35,240 nt of DNA from a virus, in UHGV virus genome UHGV-0174372. One strand, written 5' to 3'. The notes below the pieces were generated by a model. That model was not told the DNA's origin. It made no database searches and saw only the letters and a list, made by a program, of their open reading frames with translations. Positions 9,610 through 19,205 of the stretch are shown piece after piece. The translations under genes and the position numbers were made by a program. The first letter of the stretch is position 1. Every line of letters begins with the position of its first letter.

Positions 9610-10875
9610 ATGGCGAATTTCTACAAAAACAAAATTGCTCGTGAGTCTATGGAGTCTACTTCTACTGTAGTTCCAGACGGCATCGAACTGCCAGCAGAAT
9701 CCGTAGAAGGCACTCTGGCCGATATCGAGCATGACACCAAACCGATCGAAGCTCTGGACGCTGACGCTGAACTGCTGGCAGAAGACGGTGACGAAACTGA
9801 CGCTCAGCTGGATGTTCTGGACGAAGCTCAGGCTGCTGCTGACGGTGAAGGTGCTGGCGAAGACGGTGAAGAACCGATGGACGCCGAAGAAGATATGCCG
9901 GACGACGCTGCGACTGCGCTGGACGTTGCTCAGGAATCTATCCGTTCTCGTTGGAACTTCGAACACCGTTCTTCTGTTGCTCACGAATCCTACGGTTCTC
10001 GTAACCGTCGTCAGGTTGCTCGTGAATCCCTGTGGGAAGACATCAAAGCCTTCCTGGGCCGTATTCTCGATTGGCTGAAAGAACAAGGCCGCAAACTGAA
10101 AGATCGCTGGCTGAAATTCCACAACCAGGGTAAATCTATTCAGGCACGTGCTAAGAAATACGATGAAGTTATTCGTAAGCTGGGCAAACAGAAGAAAGAT
10201 GAAATCTCTGGTGGTTTCATCAAGTCTCTGTCTATCGACGGCAAGTTCGTCGGTGATAATATTCCGAAACTGAAAGGTATCCTTAACCAGGTCTCCTCGT
10301 TCTATAGCGCTAAGATGCCTGCCATGGCCGCTAAAGCTGCTGAAGTGGTTTCCGATGTTACCAAAGGTAATGGCGTTAAAGTTGAAAAACTGAAAGCCGA
10401 CTTTACCGAACTGTCCAAACAAGACAGTCTCCAAAACTTCAAGCTCGGTAACATGGCGGTGAAAACCGAGTATGACAACGAAGGCGGCTTCAGCTCCACC
10501 TTTGTTGAAGCTGAAAACAGCGTTGAAACTAGCGTGAAAACTCCGTCTGTTGGCGAACTGGCCAAAATCAATGCTCTCTTCAACGAAGTGGGTAAACAGA
10601 TTGAGAAGAACGTTCAGGATTACCGTAAAGTCGAAAGCGCGCGGAAAACCTTTGAAGATAATATCGATAAGCTCCTGAAAGAAGTCGATAAAGTTAAGAT
10701 CGACGAAAAACCGGAACTGACCGAAGGTGTACGTGCTGCCCGTCGTTTCATCACCAGCGTTAACCAGGGTCTGTCTCTGGGTGAGAAGGTTATTGCTTCT
10801 ACTCAGAAACACCTGGCCGGTGGTCTGAATGGCTACCTGGGTGCTGGTATCGGCGCTTACGAAAAATCTAAATAA
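9610..10875 (+). CDS. high-abundance virion protein, paralog B (421 aa)
   Basis: ATG 9610 (the track start at 9583 is a TTG) with gaggaaa Shine-Dalgarno; N-terminus MANFYKNKIARES; AQESIRSRW, AHESY, ARESL; a 41-nt tract identical to paralog A (10174-10214 vs 8778-8818) and a near-identical 54-nt 3' end. Confidence 0.85.
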   Translation: MANFYKNKIARESMESTSTVVPDGIELPAESVEGTLADIEHDTKPIEALDADAELLAEDGDETDAQLDVLDEAQAAADGEGAGEDGEEPMDAEEDMPDDAATALDVAQESIRSRWNFEHRSSVAHESYGSRNRRQVARESLWEDIKAFLGRILDWLKEQGRKLKDRWLKFHNQGKSIQARAKKYDEVIRKLGKQKKDEISGGFIKSLSIDGKFVGDNIPKLKGILNQVSSFYSAKMPAMAAKAAEVVSDVTKGNGVKVEKLKADFTELSKQDSLQNFKLGNMAVKTEYDNEGGFSSTFVEAENSVETSVKTPSVGELAKINALFNEVGKQIEKNVQDYRKVESARKTFEDNIDKLLKEVDKVKIDEKPELTEGVRAARRFITSVNQGLSLGEKVIASTQKHLAGGLNGYLGAGIGAYEKSK

Positions 10876-10893
10876 TCCCTGATTGTTTAGTAA

Positions 10894-10940
10894 GAGAACC
10901 ACCCTGTAATGGGGTGGTTCTCTCTTTTCTTTTTTTTTCG
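10894..10940 (+). terminator. intrinsic terminator
   Basis: 11-bp stem gagaaccaccc/gggtggttctc followed by a long T-run (ttttctttttttttcg). Confidence 0.7.
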
Positions 10941-10950
10941 ATTAAAATAA

Positions 10951-10978
10951 TTTTCAGATATATATTACCTAGGTGAGA
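10951..10978 (+). promoter_or_regulatory. candidate phage early promoter (TATATTAC core), copy 1
   Basis: ttttcagatatatattacctaggtgaga; a 27-nt tract identical to 19206-19232, placed just after a terminator and about 50 nt upstream of the next ATG. Confidence 0.45.
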
Positions 10979-11028
10979 ATACTGTGTAATCTCTTTACGA
11001 CTTGTTTATTACGTTTAGGAGAAATATC

Positions 11029-11670
11029 ATGAGCCGCATTAATTTAACCGATTTTGTTGATGGTGTTGTGTCTATGGATAAAGGTGTCGTTACGATGGTG
11101 GCACCGAATAGTAAAGTTGTTACTTTAAATCCGGTAGAACTGATTTCTATTTCTACCTGGTTGCGCTTACTTTCTGGTAAGAAACCTAAAGACCAAGCGA
11201 AGGGTGGCTTATTAGTTGGTACACGTGAGTTTGTTTTCAAAGACATAACCCAAGATAAACTGGACAGCATTGCTAAAGAACTGAACGGCAAGCATAAAAC
11301 TCGCGACATCGGGAGTGCCGAACATGACGGTGTAACGTACCATGCATTTCTTGATAGTCACGTAGCATTGCGTGAAAAAGAAAATGGGTTGTACGAATCA
11401 GTTAGTTTCTTTCATTTAATCGCACCAACAGAAAACGAAGCTGTGTATGAAACCGTTGAAAAATCGGCGGAAGCTGTTATGGAAACGGTGTCAGAACTTA
11501 TAGAAGGGATGAAAAGAATCCCACGTGTGTTGAAAGTTACTGATGGGGCTTTCGATTGTTTTAAATTATTACCCCTAATAGCTAGTAAAGAATACGAAGA
11601 TGAGAACACCTTCGGACTATTCGAAATTAGTCTTTCGGAAGCAGTTGTTACTTTCTTTGAAGATTTATGA
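11029..11670 (+). CDS. hypothetical early protein (213 aa)
   Basis: ATG 11029 with aggag at 7-nt spacing (the track start at 11002 is a TTG); more AT-rich codon usage than the structural genes; followed by a terminator. Confidence 0.75.
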   Translation: MSRINLTDFVDGVVSMDKGVVTMVAPNSKVVTLNPVELISISTWLRLLSGKKPKDQAKGGLLVGTREFVFKDITQDKLDSIAKELNGKHKTRDIGSAEHDGVTYHAFLDSHVALREKENGLYESVSFFHLIAPTENEAVYETVEKSAEAVMETVSELIEGMKRIPRVLKVTDGAFDCFKLLPLIASKEYEDENTFGLFEISLSEAVVTFFEDL

Positions 11671-11674
11671 GATA

Positions 11675-11705
11675 AAAACCCTCTACGGAGGGTTTTATTT
11701 TTTCG
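11675..11705 (+). terminator. intrinsic terminator
   Basis: Stem aaccctc/gagggtt with tacg loop followed by ttattttttcg. Confidence 0.6.
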
Positions 11706-11723
11706 ACCTTTAGGAGAATAGAA

Positions 11724-12275
11724 ATGAACAAATTTAATATTTTAGACGCTGAAGTCGTATCTGAAACCAGTTTACAGCAGGAAATCTTTCGCATTCAGTT
11801 TGGCGATAAAACCCTTATCGTCCCACGCCCGGTAATGATTGGACTGGCTATTTTTATTAACTGTGCGCATTGTAATGGTTCTCAACTCTCCACGCTCACT
11901 TACAACAATTACGAATTCTATATTCCGGAACACCTGGAATATAATCGCTTCATTGCTTTACGCCCGTTCTACAAGTTTATGTTAGACGCAGGTTATTCTA
12001 CACTGACGAAAACGTACATTCGTGATTATTCGAAGCTGGAAACGTTCTATCGTCGTCGCGGTTATCGTGTTCCTGAGCCTATTGACGGTTTTCAAACACG
12101 CGTTGTATTACTTAAACCGCTAGAAAAAGAACTGGCTTGCTATAAACTTGATATTGAGCAGAAGTTACTGCGTGAGGATTTGTTGAATTTATACAATCAG
12201 CTTTCAGTTGTACCGAAAGCCACAGTAGAAAACATTCTACCTGATTACGGAATTAGACAATATCAGGAAGGTTAA
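11724..12275 (+). CDS. hypothetical early protein (183 aa)
   Basis: ATG 11724 preceded by taggagaa. Confidence 0.75.
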   Translation: MNKFNILDAEVVSETSLQQEIFRIQFGDKTLIVPRPVMIGLAIFINCAHCNGSQLSTLTYNNYEFYIPEHLEYNRFIALRPFYKFMLDAGYSTLTKTYIRDYSKLETFYRRRGYRVPEPIDGFQTRVVLLKPLEKELACYKLDIEQKLLREDLLNLYNQLSVVPKATVENILPDYGIRQYQEG

Positions 12276-12276
12276 A

Positions 12277-12582
12277 ATGAAACTCAAAGCCGATGCGATA
12301 TGTGTTGTTAAGTTGCCGGAAAGTAATGTGGTGTACTGCGTAAAACGGCTAGACATTCGATTACTGATACCGAGACTTAATGAACCTGGTTGGAATGGGG
12401 ATTTGATGATTCCACTGATCAGGCCACTCCCTACGAACGATGGCAATATAACGCATTTGCATATGGAAGCCAAAGGGCGGTACATCACCGTTTATCATTT
12501 AGCCGATCAGTACAAAACGACCCGGTATACCCGAAAAGATTTTATACGCCATTTAAGAGGCTCACTGGAGATAAAGAAATGA
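12277..12582 (+). CDS. hypothetical protein (101 aa)
   Basis: ATG 12277 with aggaagg Shine-Dalgarno, 1 nt after the previous stop; its TGA overlaps the DHFR start (ATGA). Confidence 0.6.
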   Translation: MKLKADAICVVKLPESNVVYCVKRLDIRLLIPRLNEPGWNGDLMIPLIRPLPTNDGNITHLHMEAKGRYITVYHLADQYKTTRYTRKDFIRHLRGSLEIKK

Positions 12583-13115
12583 CAATTACAGTTTCGATGA
12601 TAGCTGCTGCTGGGTTGAATAACGAAATTGGGAAAGACAATAAACTGCCGTGGCGTATTCCCGATGACTTAAAGAATTTTAAGGCTCTTACGTCAGGTAA
12701 AGTTATTGTGATGGGAAGCAAGACATGGGAATCGTTAGGGTTTAAACCCCTGCCTAATCGTCACCATGTCGTGTTGACGAGAAGACCTGGTGGTGTGCCT
12801 GAAATCGATGGGGTGCTTAACCTTAAGGGTGAAATGGGGTCGATTATTGAATTCCTCAAAACCGAGGTTGAGAAAAAGGGTTATCCTAAGGAAATCTTTA
12901 TTATCGGCGGCGCAGAAATTTACCATCAGGCGTTACCTTACGTGGATAAGATTTACTTGTCACGCGTAGAAGTTAAAGTCGATGGTGCAGATGCGTTCTT
13001 TCCTGAAATCGATCGTAACAAGTTTAGACTGGTTTATAACTTAACGCACGCTTCCAAACCGGATAGTGATGTTCCACGTTGGCATTATCAGATTTGGAAA
13101 AGAGATGGGCACTGA
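12579..13115 (+). CDS. folA: dihydrofolate reductase (178 aa)
   Basis: Translation carries the DHFR fingerprints as I recall them from E. coli FolA: MIAAAG..IG..LPW..P.DL..FK near the N-terminus, VIMGSKTWESLG, PLPNR, IIGGAEIY and YLS..EVKVDGDAFFP. GGAG lies 8 nt upstream of ATG 12579. Confidence 0.9.
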   Translation: MTITVSMIAAAGLNNEIGKDNKLPWRIPDDLKNFKALTSGKVIVMGSKTWESLGFKPLPNRHHVVLTRRPGGVPEIDGVLNLKGEMGSIIEFLKTEVEKKGYPKEIFIIGGAEIYHQALPYVDKIYLSRVEVKVDGADAFFPEIDRNKFRLVYNLTHASKPDSDVPRWHYQIWKRDGH

Positions 13116-13401
13116 GTTTGTAACCTTAGAAAAGCTCTTTTTAGGTAGAGTTGCGAAAGGGAAAATAGCGCGCTTCACCTGGTATCCTTCCTCTGTAAAG
13201 CACGCCTTTATACGTCGTTTACATCAAGAGAAAAGCGTCAGGTTGATCTTGATAGTGTTGTTTGAAAACAACCGTGGACTGTTGATTAACAATCAGCGTT
13301 TTGCGGCAGAGATTTGGGCAACCACCTCTGGGGGCGAGGAAGCGTCTGTTGGCTTCGCTAACGACGAGATTATCTTTGAAGGTATACCTTATCTGTTATA
13401 G
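13105..13401 (+). CDS. hypothetical protein (98 aa), start uncertain
   Basis: ATG 13105 preceded by ggaaaagag; overlaps the last 11 nt of DHFR; ends at TAG 13399-13401 just before a terminator. Confidence 0.45.
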   Translation: MGTEFVTLEKLFLGRVAKGKIARFTWYPSSVKHAFIRRLHQEKSVRLILIVLFENNRGLLINNQRFAAEIWATTSGGEEASVGFANDEIIFEGIPYLL

Positions 13402-13414
13402 GTAGGATAAACGT

Positions 13415-13450
13415 AAAAGGGGACTTCGGTTCCCTTTTATTTTTTTTTCA
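13415..13450 (+). terminator. intrinsic terminator
   Basis: Stem aaaaggggac/gttccctttt (one G-U pair) with ttcg loop, followed by a T-run of at least nine. Confidence 0.7.
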
Positions 13451-13490
13451 TTTCGCGCCTGTGATATGACTATAACGAAGGAACAAGCCA

Positions 13491-14999
13491 ATGCAACAGT
13501 ATTTTGAAATTCCGTCGTTAGACGCGACCATTCGCAAACCAATAATCGATGGTGTTATACAACGTGTACTTAATGAGTCTGGTATTGATACAGCAGCGGT
13601 TGTTTTCCTCGATGAATTCAATAGCGCCCATCAGCCGGATTCTACTTTAGGTGATGGTACAGAAGTAGAGTACAGTTCACCTGAAAAGGTTTACGTTGAA
13701 GTAGAAGAAGAACGTGATGAGTGGGCAAGAATCAACCGTCAGGTTGGTCAGCAGGCTGAACCGTACTTCTTCGAGAATTCCGTCGATCAGGTACGCGCCT
13801 GGCCCGTTAGAACGATGTATAACGTAACGGTAACGTTACGACGTACCAGTGCCTCACGTGATGAGTTATTGCGCTGGACAAACCGTTTAGACTCGTTAGT
13901 GGACATGGGTCGTTATTCGACCATGACAGAGTCAGAAGCGTTCTATTATATCCCTAAACCCGCGTTAAAGTTGTTGAATGCCTGCTACGTTGCTGCAGGA
14001 ACACGAGTACCAGCGTTTGACGATTTTAAAGCCTATTTGAAAGCGTATTTTACGCCCGACGTATTTCGTGCGGCCAATGTTGCCGGGGGGCAGGAAACCA
14101 TTGCGGTACGTTACGCACCTACGCGTTTAGAAACGGTATATGACGTTCAAACACCGGCCTGGGATAAAGATGAAAACCACTGGGAAGCAACGTTCGTTAT
14201 TCGTTTCTCTTATCAGCGCCCTGAAGAGATTGTGGTTTCGTATCCGTATATCATCAATCAGACACCACTGCCTGATGAATATTGGCCAGAGATAGACCCA
14301 CCGTGGGTATCTAACGAAGAACTGGTGTATCGTCATCCGCAACAAAAGAATCTCGATTCAACCTGGTGGATTAACGAAACTCGTCAGTATATTCGTCTCC
14401 CGTATTTGTTATCTCCCACGGAACAGTTCCATCGTACGCACTCCCCGTTTAAAGATAAACTCTTACCGATTTTCGGTACAGATGTTGTTTTTGAACCGGA
14501 CAACATGTTATCGCCGAAGGTGATGTCTACGGAAGATTTACCTTACGAATGGAACGAAGCGTTGCTACCGTATATCGAACATTGTCGTGCGATCGACCCG
14601 ACAGGACAGACGGGCGTTTTCCGTATCGAGTTGTTCGAAGAGGGGCAGATTATCGAACCGCGTTTCTACCATTGGGAAGGAAATACGTTTTCGCTTAAAG
14701 GTCGTGACCTGAAAGTAAATAAGGGTTATTACTTAACCGAGTCGGTCATGTTTGACTGGCGTGGAATGAACCTCTGGCCATTACAGTTATATCCGCAGGC
14801 AGCGAAAGTATTAATTGAGTGGTTGTTCCCGAAATGGGACGTTCCTGATTGGTGGTGGGATAAGCCGGTGTTACCGCCGAGTGTTATCGATGACATTAAT
14901 AAACTGATTCCGAACGTAGAAGCCCGTGTGTTATTGACGGTGCTGAACTCGACCATTATTACCATGCGAGGAACAGAGAATGCTCAAAGCAAAGCGTGA
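13491..14999 (+). CDS. hypothetical phage protein (502 aa), probably structural
   Basis: ATG 13491 with aagga at 8-nt spacing; long ORF. Confidence 0.8.
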   Translation: MQQYFEIPSLDATIRKPIIDGVIQRVLNESGIDTAAVVFLDEFNSAHQPDSTLGDGTEVEYSSPEKVYVEVEEERDEWARINRQVGQQAEPYFFENSVDQVRAWPVRTMYNVTVTLRRTSASRDELLRWTNRLDSLVDMGRYSTMTESEAFYYIPKPALKLLNACYVAAGTRVPAFDDFKAYLKAYFTPDVFRAANVAGGQETIAVRYAPTRLETVYDVQTPAWDKDENHWEATFVIRFSYQRPEEIVVSYPYIINQTPLPDEYWPEIDPPWVSNEELVYRHPQQKNLDSTWWINETRQYIRLPYLLSPTEQFHRTHSPFKDKLLPIFGTDVVFEPDNMLSPKVMSTEDLPYEWNEALLPYIEHCRAIDPTGQTGVFRIELFEEGQIIEPRFYHWEGNTFSLKGRDLKVNKGYYLTESVMFDWRGMNLWPLQLYPQAAKVLIEWLFPKWDVPDWWWDKPVLPPSVIDDINKLIPNVEARVLLTVLNSTIITMRGTENAQSKA

Positions 15000-16350
15000 T
15001 AAACCGTCTTCTTTCGAACCGGTGGAACGCCCGATACCTGAGTTGAATAAACCGCAAGACGGTGTGAAGGAAACCACGAACGTGGTGACACAACCGACAC
15101 GTACAACGGTGACGGATTTAGAGCGTATACCGAAACAGTATCTGATGAAGTACCTGGAAGGGTCTTCCTGGACAGTGGATTTCTTTAATTTCCTGAAAGG
15201 GCGTAACGACGCGAAGAAATTCTTCGATTCGAAGGTACTTACACCTGACCAGCAAGTAGAGAAAATCATCGGGTTAGAATTGCGTGTCACCACGCCGTTA
15301 GATCGTTCTCAGGACACGACAAACAAAACATTCACCATGTCCGGTGCCGCAACAATGGCGAACTCGGTGATTCCCAACGAAGGGTGTTTTTTCGTTGCAC
15401 CGATTGGAGACGGACGGTTCGCGTTGTTCAACGTCACGAACGTTGTGCGGATGTCCAATAACAAAATTGCAACGTATAACATTGAGTATACATTGCTGTT
15501 TGAAGTTGATCCAGAAGTTGCAGAAACCATTCGTCGTTGTACGGTTCGTGAGTATTATTACGTTTCTGAACGTGCCTGGACGGGCGGTGATACGTTACTG
15601 ACACCGAAAGAATACCGTGCGTTTTTGAAGGTCGTTGATGCGATTGCGGATATTGAACAGACTTACGTAAAACGGTTTTACGATGGGGAAACGGCAACGT
15701 TGCTTTTCCCGCACGATCGTCACAGCGATGGGTTGCGTGGTCGCGCGTACTACGATGTGTTCTTAGCACAGTTTGTACGTTCTGTAGGCTTACGCACCGT
15801 TGGTAAAGATATTCAAATTTATCCGCATCCACCAATGCGTGTGGAGGATATTGAAACGGTCTGGACAGCGTTGTTAAATCAATCGCCAACGTTCTTAGCG
15901 GATTACAAACGTGATTCCAGTGTCTGGCAGGTAAAAACCTTCCGTACGATGCAGCATCGAAATTCTGTGACCTGGTCATTAATTTCGGATACCCGATTCT
16001 TTACCGATGAATTAAAACCGGGCTATGGGATGGCGCAACGTTTCCCTGGACAGTGGCCGAAGTGGACGGAGTTTGAACCGGTTGAAGTGGAGAACTATCG
16101 GGGTAATGAAGGTGAATCAATCCCTGCATTTCTACCACTGACTTACGAACCGTATTTGTTAAGCCCAACGTTCTACGAGGGCTCGTACAGTTCGTTATTA
16201 GAATACGGTTTATATCTCTATCTGAATAAACGCCCACTGTCAACGGTAATTGCATTACGGTTGTTTGAAGAAGTTTACCGTTTGCCGAAGGATGCGCAAT
16301 TCTATTACATTCCGATGGTGTATTTGTTGTTACGGTATGCGAGGGATTAA
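14980..16350 (+). CDS. hypothetical phage protein (456 aa)
   Basis: ATG 14980 with gaggaa Shine-Dalgarno; overlaps the previous gene by 20 nt. Confidence 0.8.
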   Translation: MLKAKRDKPSSFEPVERPIPELNKPQDGVKETTNVVTQPTRTTVTDLERIPKQYLMKYLEGSSWTVDFFNFLKGRNDAKKFFDSKVLTPDQQVEKIIGLELRVTTPLDRSQDTTNKTFTMSGAATMANSVIPNEGCFFVAPIGDGRFALFNVTNVVRMSNNKIATYNIEYTLLFEVDPEVAETIRRCTVREYYYVSERAWTGGDTLLTPKEYRAFLKVVDAIADIEQTYVKRFYDGETATLLFPHDRHSDGLRGRAYYDVFLAQFVRSVGLRTVGKDIQIYPHPPMRVEDIETVWTALLNQSPTFLADYKRDSSVWQVKTFRTMQHRNSVTWSLISDTRFFTDELKPGYGMAQRFPGQWPKWTEFEPVEVENYRGNEGESIPAFLPLTYEPYLLSPTFYEGSYSSLLEYGLYLYLNKRPLSTVIALRLFEEVYRLPKDAQFYYIPMVYLLLRYARD

Positions 16351-16351
16351 C

Positions 16352-16891
16352 GTGGCTGAAAAACGTAGCGCAGCATTTATGCTGTTTCACAAGTGGGTGG
16401 GATGGCGTGTCCCTGAATGGACGACGATTTCAACGTACATGTCTCAGGAACATGGATTGTTCTTACCGGAAGACGAGAAAAAAGCACGCGCGATACTGCT
16501 TAATAAAAAGACTGTATACATGCGACCTTTCGAAGTTGCGGTTTATGCAGAATCGGGCGCGGCGTTAGACGTCCACGACCCACATGACGGGATCATCGTG
16601 TACGGGTATATCATGGAACACTTAGCTGATTGGCTAAATTACATGCAGACCCCACACCTGACAACACGTAAAGTCCCTATGGAGGGCTTGCGTCAGTTTA
16701 ATGCGTTAGCGCGTAAACTGTTCCCGGTAGCGAACCGTTACGGTTACTTTAAGAAACCTGAAGTAACAATGGCGGTTTCCGTACAAGCGTTATTTGGCGA
16801 AGTCCGGTTGGAAACAGAACGGCATCAGTTCAACGATACGATTATGCACCGTATTGAACAGATATACCGTAGACGTGGAGGAATTCTGTAA
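16352..16891 (+). CDS. hypothetical phage protein (about 179 aa); GTG start inferred
   Basis: GTG 16352 lies 6 nt after gaggga and 1 nt after the upstream stop; the first in-frame ATG (16379) has no Shine-Dalgarno. The track ORF is open from 16250. Confidence 0.55.
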   Translation: MAEKRSAAFMLFHKWVGWRVPEWTTISTYMSQEHGLFLPEDEKKARAILLNKKTVYMRPFEVAVYAESGAALDVHDPHDGIIVYGYIMEHLADWLNYMQTPHLTTRKVPMEGLRQFNALARKLFPVANRYGYFKKPEVTMAVSVQALFGEVRLETERHQFNDTIMHRIEQIYRRRGGIL

Positions 16892-18210
16892 TGTCGTTTG
16901 GTCGGTTACAGAACATAGCAAACGTGCACATTGCACAAGCGGCGGGATTACCGGCCATCGACTACGTACCCCTTATCACGGTTCGTGGGGTGACGATTGA
17001 CGTTTACAAAACCATGTCGATAATCCATGCCAGTAATTTCGCTCAGGATTTAACGACCATCACGCACCTCAGTGTGGTGATTCCACTGAGCCAGCAACGT
17101 ATTCTTACGTCGTCGGCAGAAGGGGATTTATCAGTTAAAATCCTGATGCGGACAATGAACAAGAAAACCGTAGCGCAACTGAACTACCGAGGAATTGTGG
17201 TTAACAACCACGATCCTGATATGGAATCACCTACAATGTTTTTGGGTGAATCTGACCAAAAAGGGTTGGGTGTGGTAACGTTGGAACTGATGGATGAATC
17301 GATGTGGTTCCTTCGTTGTCGTCAGGTAGGTGGGATTTACCACGAAACAGATGGATTAAGTGTCGTTCGTGCATTACTTGCTGACACATTACCTACCGGG
17401 GATGCACCAGAAGGTCAGTTGGTTGGTGTGGAATACGAGGAAGAAGAACAACAGCCTTATCGTGACATTTTGATTCCCGATTCGCAAAGTTTTCTTTCGG
17501 TTTTCGATTTCATTCAGAACCGCTACGGTGTGTATAGTCAAGGATTAGGTGTCTTCCTGTATAAACACCGTTGGCATATCTTTCAACCGTGGGATTCTAA
17601 GAAATTCTCTACGGCAAAAAAGAAACTGGTGGTGATTAACCTTCCCAGAGAGAAAGTTGCCTATTTAGATAAAACGTGTCACATTGCAGGTGACGTCATT
17701 TATCTGATTTGTGGTGGCGATGTTCACACCTTCGAAGACAAAGACGCCCTCGCGTTAAATCAGGGAACGGGTTATCGCGTGGGTTCAATCCGTGCCTTAG
17801 ATGGACGTGCAAGTTCTTTCTCTCCAGGCGACGTTTCAGCAACGACGTCAGATTCGTTTGTTTCGGCAGCAGACCCTACACAGTACCCCGGTGGTGTTGT
17901 TAATGCACCTATTGATCCAAACGAGCACTTCAGCGACACGGATAAACCTCGTCGTTCTAAGTTGGCTGCCGCCAGAGGGACACTGACCGCAACGACCTGG
18001 AACCGTTCAGCGTACGGTTTATTGCAGCCGGGTATGGCAGTAAAATATCTGTATGCGAATAATTACGGTGTATACACTCGTTATGGGACGTTGGTTGGTG
18101 AAGTTTTCCAAGCTGCCGTTGACGGTGGTTCGATGGCGTCCCCACAATTTAATACCATTAGTCAATTGACGTTGTGGTTGACTAATGAAAAATTTACAAC
18201 CGCTACGTAA
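16891..18210 (+). CDS. hypothetical phage protein (439 aa), possible virion protein
   Basis: ATG overlaps the upstream TAA (TAATG); contains LGES and SAEG motifs. Confidence 0.8.
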   Translation: MSFGRLQNIANVHIAQAAGLPAIDYVPLITVRGVTIDVYKTMSIIHASNFAQDLTTITHLSVVIPLSQQRILTSSAEGDLSVKILMRTMNKKTVAQLNYRGIVVNNHDPDMESPTMFLGESDQKGLGVVTLELMDESMWFLRCRQVGGIYHETDGLSVVRALLADTLPTGDAPEGQLVGVEYEEEEQQPYRDILIPDSQSFLSVFDFIQNRYGVYSQGLGVFLYKHRWHIFQPWDSKKFSTAKKKLVVINLPREKVAYLDKTCHIAGDVIYLICGGDVHTFEDKDALALNQGTGYRVGSIRALDGRASSFSPGDVSATTSDSFVSAADPTQYPGGVVNAPIDPNEHFSDTDKPRRSKLAAARGTLTATTWNRSAYGLLQPGMAVKYLYANNYGVYTRYGTLVGEVFQAAVDGGSMASPQFNTISQLTLWLTNEKFTTAT

Positions 18211-18242
18211 ATTATGTCGTCCGTAACCTAAAGGATTTGTTA

Positions 18243-19043
18243 ATGAGTAATCTACTTACTTTCAGAATGTCTGGCCAAACGTTAATCCAAATCGACAAGT
18301 TCGAAGAAGAGAATTTTTCGAAACCGTCGAAGTTGTTAGAACGTTGCCTTAATGTTATTCCTGGTGGTGAACAACGCCAGTTGGATTACATCATGGCGTC
18401 CAGTGCTGACAAAACGATTTCTGTTATTTATACCGTAGACGGTGTACAGAATTGTCGCTTATTACCAATCGAAGAAAAAGGGACGTTAGGTCATTTGTTG
18501 TTCCTGCACGCGATCACAACTGCCGTGGTGTCTGGTGCTTTAGAAGCGCAATACGGCTTTGCTTATTGTTACTTCTATGCTCAGAAATTAGCTGCAGCGG
18601 TTATTCCAGGGCAACAAGAAACCTATCCTCAGTATATTGAACGTATTCTACCCTCACACTTTAGTGAGTCGGAAGACTATGACTTCAATGCGTTTCGTTT
18701 TACCGTAGTGGGTGAAGCCCGCGATCCTGAATATACCACGGCGGTGCGTGCGGTGGTGCGCTATTCTGTTATTTCTACAGACAGTGGCACATCAAATAAC
18801 TTTAATGAAGTGTACCCGGTCTTGCAGTTAGGTCCTTATGTGACCTTCAACAGCTATGTACCTTTCAGTTGCCAGCTTGTGGGTCCGCAGGATAACGATT
18901 CTATTCTCCCTGTTGCGGAAGAAAAGTCATTGTTTATTCGCGAATCCGTAGAGGCTATTAGCGATAAGCGCTTTATGATTTCTTCGAAGACGGGCATTAG
19001 CGATCCTGAAATCGCTGTAATGGATAAGATGCAAGGTCTGTAA
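18243..19043 (+). CDS. hypothetical phage protein (266 aa)
   Basis: ATG 18243 with aaagga at about 7-nt spacing (the track start at 18237 is a TTG). Confidence 0.75.
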   Translation: MSNLLTFRMSGQTLIQIDKFEEENFSKPSKLLERCLNVIPGGEQRQLDYIMASSADKTISVIYTVDGVQNCRLLPIEEKGTLGHLLFLHAITTAVVSGALEAQYGFAYCYFYAQKLAAAVIPGQQETYPQYIERILPSHFSESEDYDFNAFRFTVVGEARDPEYTTAVRAVVRYSVISTDSGTSNNFNEVYPVLQLGPYVTFNSYVPFSCQLVGPQDNDSILPVAEEKSLFIRESVEAISDKRFMISSKTGISDPEIAVMDKMQGL

Positions 19044-19049
19044 AAACTT

Positions 19050-19090
19050 CCCGTTACCTCTGTGGGTAACGGGAATACCTTTTATTTATC
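19050..19090 (+). terminator. probable intrinsic terminator
   Basis: 9-bp stem cccgttacc/ggtaacggg followed by T-rich aataccttttatttat. Confidence 0.55.
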
Positions 19091-19205
19091 CCTAAACGCC
19101 ACACAGAAGTCATTTCTCCATTAAGACGACTAATTACCCTTCAAAAAGAAAATTGCGTCAGAATGCGTTTTAGAGCGTTCTAGAGGGTATATGGATTCAA
19201 AAAGA

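Noticed and set aside
8211-10902. Long antisense ORFs (8211-9398 and 9592-10902, minus strand; 395 and 436 aa) overlapping the paralog genes
   Set aside because: They are shadow ORFs produced by the strong codon bias of the plus-strand genes. Their translations are F/S/R-rich junk and they have no Shine-Dalgarno, while the plus-strand ORFs have ribosome-binding sites, a terminator and protein-like sequence.
14931-16390. Minus-strand ORFs 14931-15293, 15434-15979 and 16001-16390
   Set aside because: Embedded antisense in plus-strand genes; no ribosome-binding sites.
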